From contig JBMNIF010000001.1 in NCBI GenBank assembly GCA_050950765.1, positions 160,001-224,000 on the forward strand: a DNA stretch of 64,000 nt. Direction: 5' to 3'. Both the position numbers and the translations under genes were made by a program. Each line of letters starts with the position of its first letter. Position 1 is the stretch's first letter. This document shows, piece after piece, positions 19,889 to 29,348 of this stretch. This DNA is from Bdellovibrionota bacterium (GTDB lineage: Bacteria > Bdellovibrionota_C > UBA2361 > JAAYZI01). A model generated the notes under the pieces. The model saw only the letters and a program-made list of their open reading frames with translations. It ran no database searches and was not told the origin of the DNA.

Positions 19889-20338
19889 ATAATGGCAGAT
19901 CTGGTGCCACCCTTCAACTTTGCTGCTTTAAGCTGCGATCTGGTCGCTAGTATCTGGTGCCACCCATTAATTTGGCTGGATCTGATAGGTTTCGGCTAGC
20001 TTTAGTTTTGGTGCCACCCTCTAGGGATGGCGGACGGTGGGCTAGCGTCTGGTGCCACCCTCTAGGGACGACGGATCAGCTACGGGGGTTAAAAAACTGG
20101 TGCCACCCTTCCAGTTGGCTGGATTTGCAGATTTTGTGGCTTTGGCTTTGGTGCCACCCTTCAGCGTTGCCGCTTTAAGCTGAATATCTGGTGCCACCCT
20201 TCAACTTTGCCGCTTTAAGCTGCGACTGGCTTTGGTGCCACCCTCTAGGGATGGCGGACGGTGGGCTAGCGTCTGGTGCCACCCTCTAGGGACGGCGGAT
20301 CAGCTACGGGGGTTAAAAAACTGGTGCCACCCTTCCAG
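19889..20338. repeat. Repeat array 3 (10 cores, GGTGCCACCC orientation)
   Basis: Cores at 19903, 19956, 20010, 20051, 20099, 20150, 20190, 20234, 20275, 20323; internal duplication of about 20007-20113 at about 20231-20338. Confidence 0.95.
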
Positions 20339-20360
20339 TGACAGTTCCTGCATGTAGTTA

Positions 20361-22643
20361 TTACCTCTTTAATAAATCGCTTAGTCCAGCTAATGGGGTA
20401 TTTTTAAAGGTTCCCTGTGGGGGAGTGCGCTTTTTTGGTTTTTGCAACTGTTTTGTTAGTGTGTAGTTACTACCGTCATTGCTTTCTTTCTTCATGCTTA
20501 AGGCGATTTGTCGTTTATCCGTATCTACGTTAACTACTCTAACTGTTACACGGTCTCCTGGATTAACTACGGTACGCGGATCTTTTACAAAGTTGTCACT
20601 TAATTGAGAGACGTGCACTAAACCGTCCTGATGTACGCCAATATCAACAAAAGCTCCAAAATTCGCAACATTAGTCACAATACCAGGGCAACTCATGCCG
20701 ATTTTAAGGTCAGATAGTTCGTGGATATCTTCCCTGAAAGAAAATGCTACAAAGGTTTCTCGTGGATCCCTTCCTGGTTTTTCAAGCTCTTTAATAATAT
20801 CAGCACTCGTAAACTCACCGAGATCATTTTTAAAGATGCTATCTTTTTTTAGTAGGGCAGCACCAACGCCGATTAAATCACTTACTGTCTTGTTTAAACG
20901 TTCTGCCGTGATTCTTAACGCTTCATACCTTTCTGGGTGTACACCAGTATTATCTAAGGGATTTTCAGATTCCGGAATCCTTAAAAATCCGGCAGCTTGC
21001 TCGAAAGCTTTTCCGCTAAAACGTGGGACCGATAGTAAGTCTTGCCTAGATTTAAAAAGCCCTACATTTGTACGATACTCTACTATTGATTTTGCTAAGC
21101 TCGGTCCAATGCCCGAAACGTAAGTTAAAAGATGTTCCGATGCTGTGTTTAAATTAACTCCGACGGAGTTTACCGCAGATTCAACGACACGGGTTAATCC
21201 TTGCTTAAGAGCGGATTGTGATACGTCGTGTTGATATTGACCAACGCCGATACTTTTTGGATCCACCTTTACCAATTCTGCCAGTGGGTCTTGTAAACGA
21301 CGAGCGATGGAGATGGCGCCGCGTACTGTCAGATCTAAGTCAGGGAATTCTTGTCTTGCAACTTCACTAGCGCTGTAAATACTAGCCCCTGCTTCACTAA
21401 TAACTACAACTGGAATGTTTTGTTTTAACTCCGTAAGTACTTTACGAATAAAAGTTTCGGCTTCTCTGGATCCTGTGCCGTTCCCTATGGCAATGGCACG
21501 CAGAGCTGATTTTTCAATTAAATTTTTTATTAGCCCCTTTGCTTGTGTCTGCATGCCGTCATTTTCGATATGTATTACTCCGCTAGCAATATATTTACCT
21601 GTTTGATCTACCAAAGCTAATTTACAGCCAGTTCTTATGCCGGGATCTACACCTAAAACTGTTTTTGATCCAAACGGCGCTGCTAACAAAACCTTTCTGA
21701 CGTTTTCTGCAAAAACGGCAATAGCAGCTTCATCTGCTACCTGTTTAAGTTTGGTATGAATCTCTGCTGAAATTGTAGATAAAACATAATATTTAAAAGA
21801 GAGACGCGCTGCATTAAGCAAAATTTTTGCAGCTGTAGAATCCCTAGCAGTACAAGCTTCCGATTCATAACGTGCTTGGAGTCTATCCATTAAGTCTGGT
21901 GTAGAACCTGTAATGGTTAAAGTAAGTTCGCCCTCTTCTTCGCCGCGGCGTAATGCTAAATAACGGTGAGAGTTTTCCGGTTTTAAAAGTGATGAAATAT
22001 TTTCTGTGAATTCAAAATAATTTTCGAATTTGCTGTTTGGTTTCGGGTTCTTTCCTTTTTCGGAGGTAATGGCACCTTCTTTTAATAAAGATTCTCTCAC
22101 TAATTGACGTAATTCCATCAATTCAGTTAGTCGTTCTACAATAATGGCTTGTGCACCATCAAGGGCACCTTTGGTGTCATTGATATTCATCTCAGTGTTG
22201 ATAAAATCTGAAGCTTTTGTCTCTGCTGTAATATCAGTCGTTAAACCGTGCCCAACCTGCCAAAGCCAATCTGCCAAAGGCTCTAATCCAGCATCTCGTG
22301 CTACGGCGGCTTTTGTTTTGCGTTTTCGTTTATAAGGAAGGTAGATATCCTCAAGGGTGTTTAGTTCAAAACACTTCTCGATACTGTGTCGCAATTCCGG
22401 AGTTAATTTATTTTGTGCTTCGATCTCTCCGATAATAAATGCCTTACGTTTTTCTATTTCGTCCCATAGATTTTTTGCTTTGATGATAGTTTCAATTTCG
22501 ACCTCATCCAAACCTCCTGTCTGTTCTTTTCTATAACGAGCAATAAAGGGAATCGTACAGCCTTCTGCTGTTAATCGTAAAACAGCGTCGGCTCCTGCTA
22601 GGGGAATATTACTAAAGTTAGATCTAAACCAATCAACAAACAT
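20361..22643 (-). CDS. tex: Tex family RNA-binding transcriptional accessory protein
   Basis: TIPFIARYRKE, LEDIYLPYK, GVDPGIRTGCK, DPKSIGVGQYQHDV, C-terminal S1 domain. Confidence 0.96.
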   Translation of the reverse strand: MFVDWFRSNFSNIPLAGADAVLRLTAEGCTIPFIARYRKEQTGGLDEVEIETIIKAKNLWDEIEKRKAFIIGEIEAQNKLTPELRHSIEKCFELNTLEDIYLPYKRKRKTKAAVARDAGLEPLADWLWQVGHGLTTDITAETKASDFINTEMNINDTKGALDGAQAIIVERLTELMELRQLVRESLLKEGAITSEKGKNPKPNSKFENYFEFTENISSLLKPENSHRYLALRRGEEEGELTLTITGSTPDLMDRLQARYESEACTARDSTAAKILLNAARLSFKYYVLSTISAEIHTKLKQVADEAAIAVFAENVRKVLLAAPFGSKTVLGVDPGIRTGCKLALVDQTGKYIASGVIHIENDGMQTQAKGLIKNLIEKSALRAIAIGNGTGSREAETFIRKVLTELKQNIPVVVISEAGASIYSASEVARQEFPDLDLTVRGAISIARRLQDPLAELVKVDPKSIGVGQYQHDVSQSALKQGLTRVVESAVNSVGVNLNTASEHLLTYVSGIGPSLAKSIVEYRTNVGLFKSRQDLLSVPRFSGKAFEQAAGFLRIPESENPLDNTGVHPERYEALRITAERLNKTVSDLIGVGAALLKKDSIFKNDLGEFTSADIIKELEKPGRDPRETFVAFSFREDIHELSDLKIGMSCPGIVTNVANFGAFVDIGVHQDGLVHVSQLSDNFVKDPRTVVNPGDRVTVRVVNVDTDKRQIALSMKKESNDGSNYTLTKQLQKPKKRTPPQGTFKNTPLAGLSDLLKR

Positions 22644-22776
22644 ATAACCGTTTCATTTATAAATAAAAAAATAACAAACTGCGCAGAGAGGTGTTAGAGA
22701 TACCCCAATTAAAAGCGTCTGTCGACATTTTTTAAGATTAAAATCAGAGTAATTATTATTGATAAAAAGAACGTAA

Positions 22777-23967
22777 TTATGTTGTTAGTATTTTGCTATC
22801 TATTCTGTCATATAAGCTGTTTAAGTCACGTTGAAAGATCTCAAAAGTGTAACGTTCTTCGGCAAGTTCGTGTGCGGCATTCCCTATTTTATGGCGCAGA
22901 TCTGGATCTGAAATTAATTTTTTTAATCCTTGCGCATAGCTATCGGGTGTGGGATCTGTGAGGATTGAAACGGTGTTGTTTAAAACCTGTGTGTGCGTTG
23001 GAAGATTTGTCGCAATGATTGCTTTACCGGAATGTAGATATGAATATATTTTCATGGGAGTGTTGTTCCCACGTAGTCTGGGAGAAGCTAAAATGTCAGC
23101 TTGAAGGAGGTAGCTTTTTAAACGATTGACAGCTCTACGTCCTGCAAGGTGTGCTCTATCTGAAAGATTTAATGCTGAAATCTTTGTTTTCCCTGCTGAG
23201 ATATGTTCATCACTACCACCAATAATAACGAGATGTGCTTTATCAAAGGAGTGCGCAATTTTTGCAAAAGCATCAATCAAAAGACCGCAGCCCTGATAAG
23301 GTTCAAGGTTCCCGACATATAGAATAACCAAAGAATCAGGGGGGATGTTTAATTCTTCTCTAAGCGTCTGCTGTGAAGTTGTTTGAGAATTATCTAATCC
23401 AAGGAGAGATATGTCTCGTAAGATCTGAGTGTCCTGTGAACCCTGATTGTAGGCAATGGCAGCGAGAGCATCGCAAACAGGAACTACTGCCATACTGTGT
23501 TTAATGGCTCGTCCTTCAAGAAAAGAGAGTAGCGGGAGAAAAGGACGAAAAATGCGCCATTTTTCAGTTAATTGTTGTGCTATTGATGAATCCATGTCGT
23601 AGATATACGGAATTTTCCAAAATACTTTGATTAGCATTGCAATGAAAACAGATTCTTCTACGGCATGAACTAAGTCATAAGGATTTTTTCTATTTTTCCA
23701 AACTAGCTTCAAAGCAGTAAATAAAAAAATGATATCGCAAAAGAGTTTTTTAACGGAGATACCAGGGGCGATATTGTTTAGAAAAAAAGGTGCTTTGATC
23801 CGTATATGATTAACATTCGGTATGCTTATGTCAGTCCCTTCGTGATATGTTAAAAGATCGATAGAGTCTTCTTTTCTTGTGGCAAGAACTTGAACTGCTA
23901 ATCTAACAGCTATCGGAGTGCCACGGTCTTGAAAAAACGGTTGTGGTGCTAAAAATAAAATACGCAT
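22777..23967 (-). CDS. Glycosyltransferase family 4; likely start MRILFLAPQPFF at 23967
   Basis: GT-B motifs LYVGNLEPYQG, ADILASPR, PMKIYSY. The ORF-track N-terminal extension runs through repeat DNA. Confidence 0.9.
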   Translation of the reverse strand: MRILFLAPQPFFQDRGTPIAVRLAVQVLATRKEDSIDLLTYHEGTDISIPNVNHIRIKAPFFLNNIAPGISVKKLFCDIIFLFTALKLVWKNRKNPYDLVHAVEESVFIAMLIKVFWKIPYIYDMDSSIAQQLTEKWRIFRPFLPLLSFLEGRAIKHSMAVVPVCDALAAIAYNQGSQDTQILRDISLLGLDNSQTTSQQTLREELNIPPDSLVILYVGNLEPYQGCGLLIDAFAKIAHSFDKAHLVIIGGSDEHISAGKTKISALNLSDRAHLAGRRAVNRLKSYLLQADILASPRLRGNNTPMKIYSYLHSGKAIIATNLPTHTQVLNNTVSILTDPTPDSYAQGLKKLISDPDLRHKIGNAAHELAEERYTFEIFQRDLNSLYDRIDSKILTT

Positions 23968-23997
23968 AGCATGGGATGATAAAACAAAAATTGTAAA

Positions 23998-24067
23998 AAG
24001 GACACCCGACTTGTCCCTGGTGCCACCCACCAGCGCTAAGCCCTTGTCACTGGTGCCACCCACCAGT
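23998..24067. repeat. Repeat array 4: two hairpin-form cores downstream of the RAYT gene
   Basis: CTGGTG-CCACC-CACCAG at 24017-24033 and ACTGGTG-CCACC-CACCAGT at 24049-24067, preceded by GGACACCC. Confidence 0.9.
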
Positions 24068-24278
24068 ACGACCTGCTTTGCTGTTTTTGCTCTTCTGACA
24101 GCCTTTTTTCTGCTTATGCCACTGCCAGCAAGCTTAGTTCACCTTAAATTTCCTTAAATTTGATACTACAACTTACTATTAATTGACTATTTTCAGATTT
24201 TAGATAGATCTTCCCTGTTGAAATTTAGATTTCATATTATTAACGGGTCAAAAAAGCAGCTTTTTTACATTACTTTTT

Positions 24279-25247
24279 TCAGGTCGCCACCCCGCAAAGC
24301 CTACCTACAATAGGCATACTCGGACGAAATGCCCCATAAACAAACTTGGCTGAAATATCACCTTGCTTCCACTTCTTCCAAGCCTTTCTACACTCTTCAC
24401 AAAAAGCCTTATATTCTGCTATCGCCTTTATCCGTAACTCCTTAATCCAACAAATTAAATACGGCGTACGTGTCTTCTTCTTAGGTACATACGCAATATT
24501 TATCGATTGCTGCTGCACTTTACGCATCCCCATAAAATGCCCCTTCCTTTCAAGTGCAATCTCTTCTTCCCTTTTTGAAATCTCTGTCATTATTGTTTTA
24601 AAGATCTCTTCAGACGTAAGGTTTTTTGATTCTTCAAAACAATTCTTCCAAGCATCAGGGGTAATCTTAAGCTCATGACAAGTGTGCGGAAACATATTAA
24701 GCATTTTTAATAAAATAGCATCGCTTATTTTATGAAGTCTCTGCGGTAACTTACGTAAATTAGTAGAAGAGGTATACTTACCCTGCACTGTTAAAGAACC
24801 TGATTTATACATTCTAAAACTACTACACCCTTCCCAATCAGCAGCGTGTGCAACGAGTCCTGCTTTTACAGGATTTATATAAATATAGACTATCTTATCG
24901 ATAACATCATTATGAGTTACCAAACGTTGCTCCTTAAAACGTCCATCCCAAACGTTTCTCCTATATTGCGGTGTTAGTTTCTTAATAGCACGTGCAACTG
25001 CACTTTCCATCTCTCCCATAAATGCAGAGATGTGCTTTCCTTCACCAACTAATATCATGTGAAAGTGGTTACTCATCCAATTAAAATGAGCAATTCTAAC
25101 ACGATGGTGCTCTTGGCAACGTGCCATAATCCCTAACAGGATCCATTTCATAAAAAGGCGTGCTAGAAATGGCAAGCCAGATAATGTTCTATTGGTGACA
25201 TGTACCACCATTTTATTAGGATTTCTCCTATCTCTACGATTTCTCAT
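24279..25247 (-). CDS. REP-associated-type tyrosine transposase (RAYT / TnpA-REP, Y1 HUH endonuclease) with C-terminal extension
   Basis: HVTNR, MSNHFH (HUH), VWDGRF, YIYINPVKAGLV...W..SS; no tnpB beside it; flanked by short palindromic repeats. Confidence 0.88.
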   Translation of the reverse strand: MRNRRDRRNPNKMVVHVTNRTLSGLPFLARLFMKWILLGIMARCQEHHRVRIAHFNWMSNHFHMILVGEGKHISAFMGEMESAVARAIKKLTPQYRRNVWDGRFKEQRLVTHNDVIDKIVYIYINPVKAGLVAHAADWEGCSSFRMYKSGSLTVQGKYTSSTNLRKLPQRLHKISDAILLKMLNMFPHTCHELKITPDAWKNCFEESKNLTSEEIFKTIMTEISKREEEIALERKGHFMGMRKVQQQSINIAYVPKKKTRTPYLICWIKELRIKAIAEYKAFCEECRKAWKKWKQGDISAKFVYGAFRPSMPIVGRLCGVAT

Positions 25248-25396
25248 AAGACAACTCCAGAAAAAAAATAAAAATAATTAATAAATTGGCAGAATTGCCG
25301 GTTAGCTTGGCAGGATTGCCAAATTCTAACGCCTAATTGTCGCTAGAGTTGGGATTTTATTGTGGGTAAAAATGAAAAAAGTTTGGAGATTGGGAT

Positions 25397-25872
25397 TGGT
25401 GCCACCCTTTAGTGCGAGGATGGTGTTAGAAAAAGAAAAGAAGGGTGGCACCAGTTTTACCCCCGTGAAGACCTAGCTGATCCGTTTTACAGTTCCAGCC
25501 CGTCCGATTGTCCCTGAAGGGTGGCACCAGTGACAAGCCTGCAACAATTGCTGATTTAAGGGCAAAAAGAAGGGTGGCACCAGTTTTTTAACCCCCGTGA
25601 AGACCTAGCTGATCCGTTTTGCAGTCCCAGCCCGTTCAGTTGTCCCTGAAGGGTGGCACCAGTGACAAGCCTGCAATAATTGCTGATTTAAGGGCAAAAA
25701 GAAGGGTGGCACCAGTTTTTTAACCCCCGTGAAGACCTAGCTGACTCTGTTTTCAGTTACAGCCCGTTCGGTTGTCCCTGAAGGGTGGCACCAGTTTTTA
25801 CCCCCGTGAAGAGCTAGCTGATCCGTTTTGCAGTCCCAGCCCGTCCGGTCGTCCCTGAAGGGTGGCACCAGT
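25397..25872. repeat. Repeat array 5: inverted core pair followed by an A-B'-A-B'-A-A tandem array
   Basis: GGTGCCACCC at 25398, then GGGTGGCACC at 25443, 25519, 25572, 25651, 25704, 25783, 25860. Confidence 0.96.
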
Positions 25873-25883
25873 GCTAACCTCGT

Positions 25884-26960
25884 TTAATAGATAACAGGTG
25901 TTGTGATTCTCGGGGGGTTATTGCCGTATCTTGTGATGGTTGCTTGCATAAAGTAAGAAGCTTGGTTCGGATATGCAACGCGGGCGATAACTTCATAGGT
26001 GTTATTGCTCGTGCTGTTTGTAGTAATGATGCTCTTTAGTTCATTCTGTTGTTCTTTTGCAACTTCTGTAAGGTTGAAGAATTCATTTATATCATTAAAT
26101 TTTCCGTTTTCACGGCTATTTCGTTCTTCTATAATCCTTTCAGCGGTGTCTTCGTCAATTTTATCGTCTAGCGCCATCAGAATTTCTTTTGGGGCAATGT
26201 TAACGTCGATTTTGCCACTTCCTCTTGTTGTAATAAATGGCACAAGTAGGCGTAAGCGTTGTGGAGTAAAGCCTGGAATGTTTGAAAGCTCTTCACGTTC
26301 AATAATACTGGCGTAATCGTTTTTAAATTCACTACCCTCAGGCAAGGTATCTTCACATCCTTTTACGATGACGCCGTTTATAGTATCACTGAAAGATGTT
26401 TTATCTATATCCAAGTAATCTATTAAATTCCCCAACATCTCTTCTGGAGTGAAAACTTTATTCCCACATAAACCAGAAGGATTTTTTTCTTCTATGGCAC
26501 CGAGATCAAGAATTGTGAAAAGTCGTAAACATACCTCTCGTAACTTCGTAATTGTGTTGGAAACGGTCGTATTATTTTCAACTCTATGAATTGGAAAACT
26601 ACCCGTTATTGGTGTAATTTGAAGCGCTATTCTGGCACCTTCATTAGGATCCACTCCAAAAAATCCTAAAAATTCAGGAGGGATTTCTAGCCCGTCTTTA
26701 AACGGCTCCCAAGCTTCTGTATTGATAATATCTTGACTATTTGTGTTTTTGCCAACCTGAATCAAGCTAGCAGCATAGTTTGTCAGAGATTTGAGAATGT
26801 ATTCCGCTTTTAGACGATTTTTAATTACACCTATTGATTCAGCTTGTAAAAATGTTGAATGCGCCAAGCTTGTCACAAGAATTGTGGCAAAAGCTAAAAA
26901 CATAATGACCAGCAGTAAGACAACAGCGTTTTCTCCCTTTTGTTGATTGCGGTGTGTCAT
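25884..26960 (-). CDS. gspK: Type II secretion minor pseudopilin GspK-like protein
   Basis: Prepilin-like QQKG followed by a hydrophobic segment; LIDYLDID, ELSNIPGFT...LVPFIT, GKIDVNIAPKEILMAL. Confidence 0.8.
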   Translation of the reverse strand: MTHRNQQKGENAVVLLLVIMFLAFATILVTSLAHSTFLQAESIGVIKNRLKAEYILKSLTNYAASLIQVGKNTNSQDIINTEAWEPFKDGLEIPPEFLGFFGVDPNEGARIALQITPITGSFPIHRVENNTTVSNTITKLREVCLRLFTILDLGAIEEKNPSGLCGNKVFTPEEMLGNLIDYLDIDKTSFSDTINGVIVKGCEDTLPEGSEFKNDYASIIEREELSNIPGFTPQRLRLLVPFITTRGSGKIDVNIAPKEILMALDDKIDEDTAERIIEERNSRENGKFNDINEFFNLTEVAKEQQNELKSIITTNSTSNNTYEVIARVAYPNQASYFMQATITRYGNNPPRITTPVIY

Positions 26961-27154
26961 TCTTTCCTTATCTCCTTAATCGAGATGATAGATATTTTTA
27001 CAAAGAATAACCACTCCTTTCATCTCCTGACTTCTGAGTTTTTTGTCTAAAATTATTTTTTTAAGGAGTTAACTTATTAAAAAATAATGAGAAGTTTTGA
27101 AAAACATTAAAAATGCCTAAAATATTTTCATATAATGCTATCCACCAGTAGGCT

Positions 27155-27175
27155 AAAAGCAGGTGCCACCCATCA
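27155..27175. repeat. Isolated core; left copy of a 21-bp direct repeat
   Basis: AAAAGCAGGTGCCACCCATCA; matches 31871-31891 at 20 of 21 positions. Confidence 0.9.
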
Positions 27176-28315
27176 AATTTGATCTATAAAGGAGCAAATG
27201 GTTTCAACATCTTGGTTGTCTGTATAATAATGCGGTGAAAATCTAAACACAAACTTACTTCCATTATCTGGGAAAAAAATCGGACAATCCCAATCACATA
27301 CTAAAGAAACAACAATACTTTCTGTTTCCAATGCTGTTTTTATTTCCACTTCTTTTGAAGGGTCTTTTAAGTAAAATGACGCAATTCCAGACCTTGATTT
27401 TTCTTTACCGAATAGATAAATATTCTGATTCCTCATAATTGCATCTCGTATTTTGTTGGCCTTTCGTTCAATTTCTAGCGAGGCTTTCTCCACTCCATAT
27501 TCTAAATATTCATTGATTGCATTTCCTAATCCTAATAATGAAGCAATACTTTTTTCCCAAAGTTCAAACTGTTTTGCATCATCACGAACTTTCACTCCTT
27601 TAACATCGCCATTACTATCAAAAATTAGATCAGCAGATGCTAAATCAATCTGTGGTGTATAAATATTTGCACCATCCTTGACATATAGAATTCCTGTCCC
27701 TCGTGGTCCGCGTAGCCATTTTCTCCCAGCTGCAACATATGCATCACAGTTTATTTCTTTCATATTCGCGACTATTTGCCCAACAGCTTGGCAACCATCA
27801 ACAATATAGGTAGCGCCATATTTTCTAGCCATTTTCCCCATTTCTACCACTGGATTAACGATTGATCCTTGTGCTGCAACATGGCTAACAGCTAAAATTG
27901 TTCCTCCTCCTCGCAATGCACTTTCTAAGTTTTCTAATGAAAAATCCCCATTCGGCTTGCACGGAATCACATTCACTGAGCAGCCAGTTTTTTTTGCAAT
28001 ATCAAATATTGTTAATAAGTTTGTACCATACTCACTTGACAACGTAACAATCTTATCGCATGCACTTATTTTTATTCCATACATGATTAGATTCCAGCCA
28101 CGACTTGCGCTATCAACAAATGCTATTTCACTTTTATTATCTGCATTAAGCATTTTGGCTGATAATTCGTAAAATTTGTTTACATCTTCCTGCTTATCAA
28201 TTGCAGCTTTATATGCGCCAATCTTCATTTCAAGTTTCATGTGGTCCACAACAGTATTAAATGTTCCATTACTCATTAATCCTGCTCCGGCATTATCAAA
28301 ATACAGTGTTTTCAT
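27173..28315 (-). CDS. PLP-dependent aminotransferase class V / cysteine desulfurase-like enzyme
   Basis: YFDNAGAG, DGCQAVGQ, AGRKWLRGPRGTG (PLP lysine), RFSPHYY. Confidence 0.9.
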   Translation of the reverse strand: MKTLYFDNAGAGLMSNGTFNTVVDHMKLEMKIGAYKAAIDKQEDVNKFYELSAKMLNADNKSEIAFVDSASRGWNLIMYGIKISACDKIVTLSSEYGTNLLTIFDIAKKTGCSVNVIPCKPNGDFSLENLESALRGGGTILAVSHVAAQGSIVNPVVEMGKMARKYGATYIVDGCQAVGQIVANMKEINCDAYVAAGRKWLRGPRGTGILYVKDGANIYTPQIDLASADLIFDSNGDVKGVKVRDDAKQFELWEKSIASLLGLGNAINEYLEYGVEKASLEIERKANKIRDAIMRNQNIYLFGKEKSRSGIASFYLKDPSKEVEIKTALETESIVVSLVCDWDCPIFFPDNGSKFVFRFSPHYYTDNQDVETICSFIDQI

Positions 28316-28326
28316 TATTTATCCTC

Positions 28327-28545
28327 TCAACTTTCTGCAACAAATTTTGCAATAGCAACCCCCAGTTCTCTCAAATTCCAAACTGTCGGATTTGAATCAT
28401 TATCGGTTATCATGCCTCGCAATTCTAAATCCCTCACAGTGTTACGCAGCTCAATCTCTGGCACAGCAACCATTTCCGAAATCTTTATCGCCGAAAGAGA
28501 GTCGTTGTTCTTATATATTGCGGATAGAATTTGAAGTTGTATAAA
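28327..28545 (-). pseudogene. 3' remnant of a gene (winged-helix-like) truncated by the IS1634-type element
   Basis: Open frame FIQLQILSAIYKNNDSLSAIKISEMVAVPEIELRNTVRDLELRGMI...WNLRELGVAIAKFVAES* starts at the IS end and stops just before the aminotransferase RBS. Confidence 0.6.
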
Positions 28546-29348
28546 GTCCTAAATTCCCGTTTTTTTATAGTCTACACCTTAGTATTTAATATTTTATCGA
28601 CAAAAATCTTCTGGTCAATTTCTAATGCTTCTAAAATATCTTTTTGTTTTTTTGTTAATGGCTGTAGTAGCATGCTCAGATTTTCATTATCTATGCGTCT
28701 TATCATTTTAAGCGTTTCTAAAACTCTCTGAATGGTTTTTTCTACTTTTTTGTTATTATTATTTATAGTTCTTTGTAGGTCTGACCACATAATTAAGCTA
28801 AGAAAGGAAACGAAGCTTTTGCCGTCAGTAGTTTTTTCATTATGTGTTAGCATACGGTCATTATCCAATTCATTTTTTAAATTATCGAAAGCTTTCTCAA
28901 TAAAGTCTCGTCGTGAATAGATATGAAGTGCTTCTTGTGGTGTCATTGTTGAGTGGTTACTCAAAAAAGCAAAAACTCCTAGCATAGATAAGATATCGGT
29001 AATTTTTTCATGATCTCTTTCAAAACTTTCTAACTGCACTTCTTTCTTAGTTTTTATTTTGTAGTATTTAGAGTAGCGACTCATACTCATAGGCTTTTTC
29101 ATTTCTTTTAGTTCATCTTCTAATCTGTCAATATGAGAGTAAAGAGTGCTCTCTTCCTCAGATGCACTTTTTGTATTTAAGTAAACGTAGAGAGAAAATT
29201 TTTCTCCATTTATCACAATATCTTTTCTTACCCCATAACAATTTGTCCCAGATATGTGATTCCTAGAAGAGCGAAGAGTAACAGATACTTCCCTCATAGT
29301 GTTCTGCCTCTGATGGAAATGGACTTTTGTCATGCCACAAAACCCTAG

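Noticed and set aside
19957..20178. Short ORFs with repeated WCHP/LVPP/GGTK/GWHQ peptides (also 37597-37812, 56637-56894, and the N-terminal extensions of 18406-19917 and 22777-24063)
   Set aside because: These are translations of the DNA repeat core in different frames, with no RBS or coding support.
19903..20332. CRISPR array interpretation of this and the other arrays
   Set aside because: The repeat is only about 10-17 bp, spacers vary from about 11 to 101 bp and are reused between loci, and no cas genes are present in the window.
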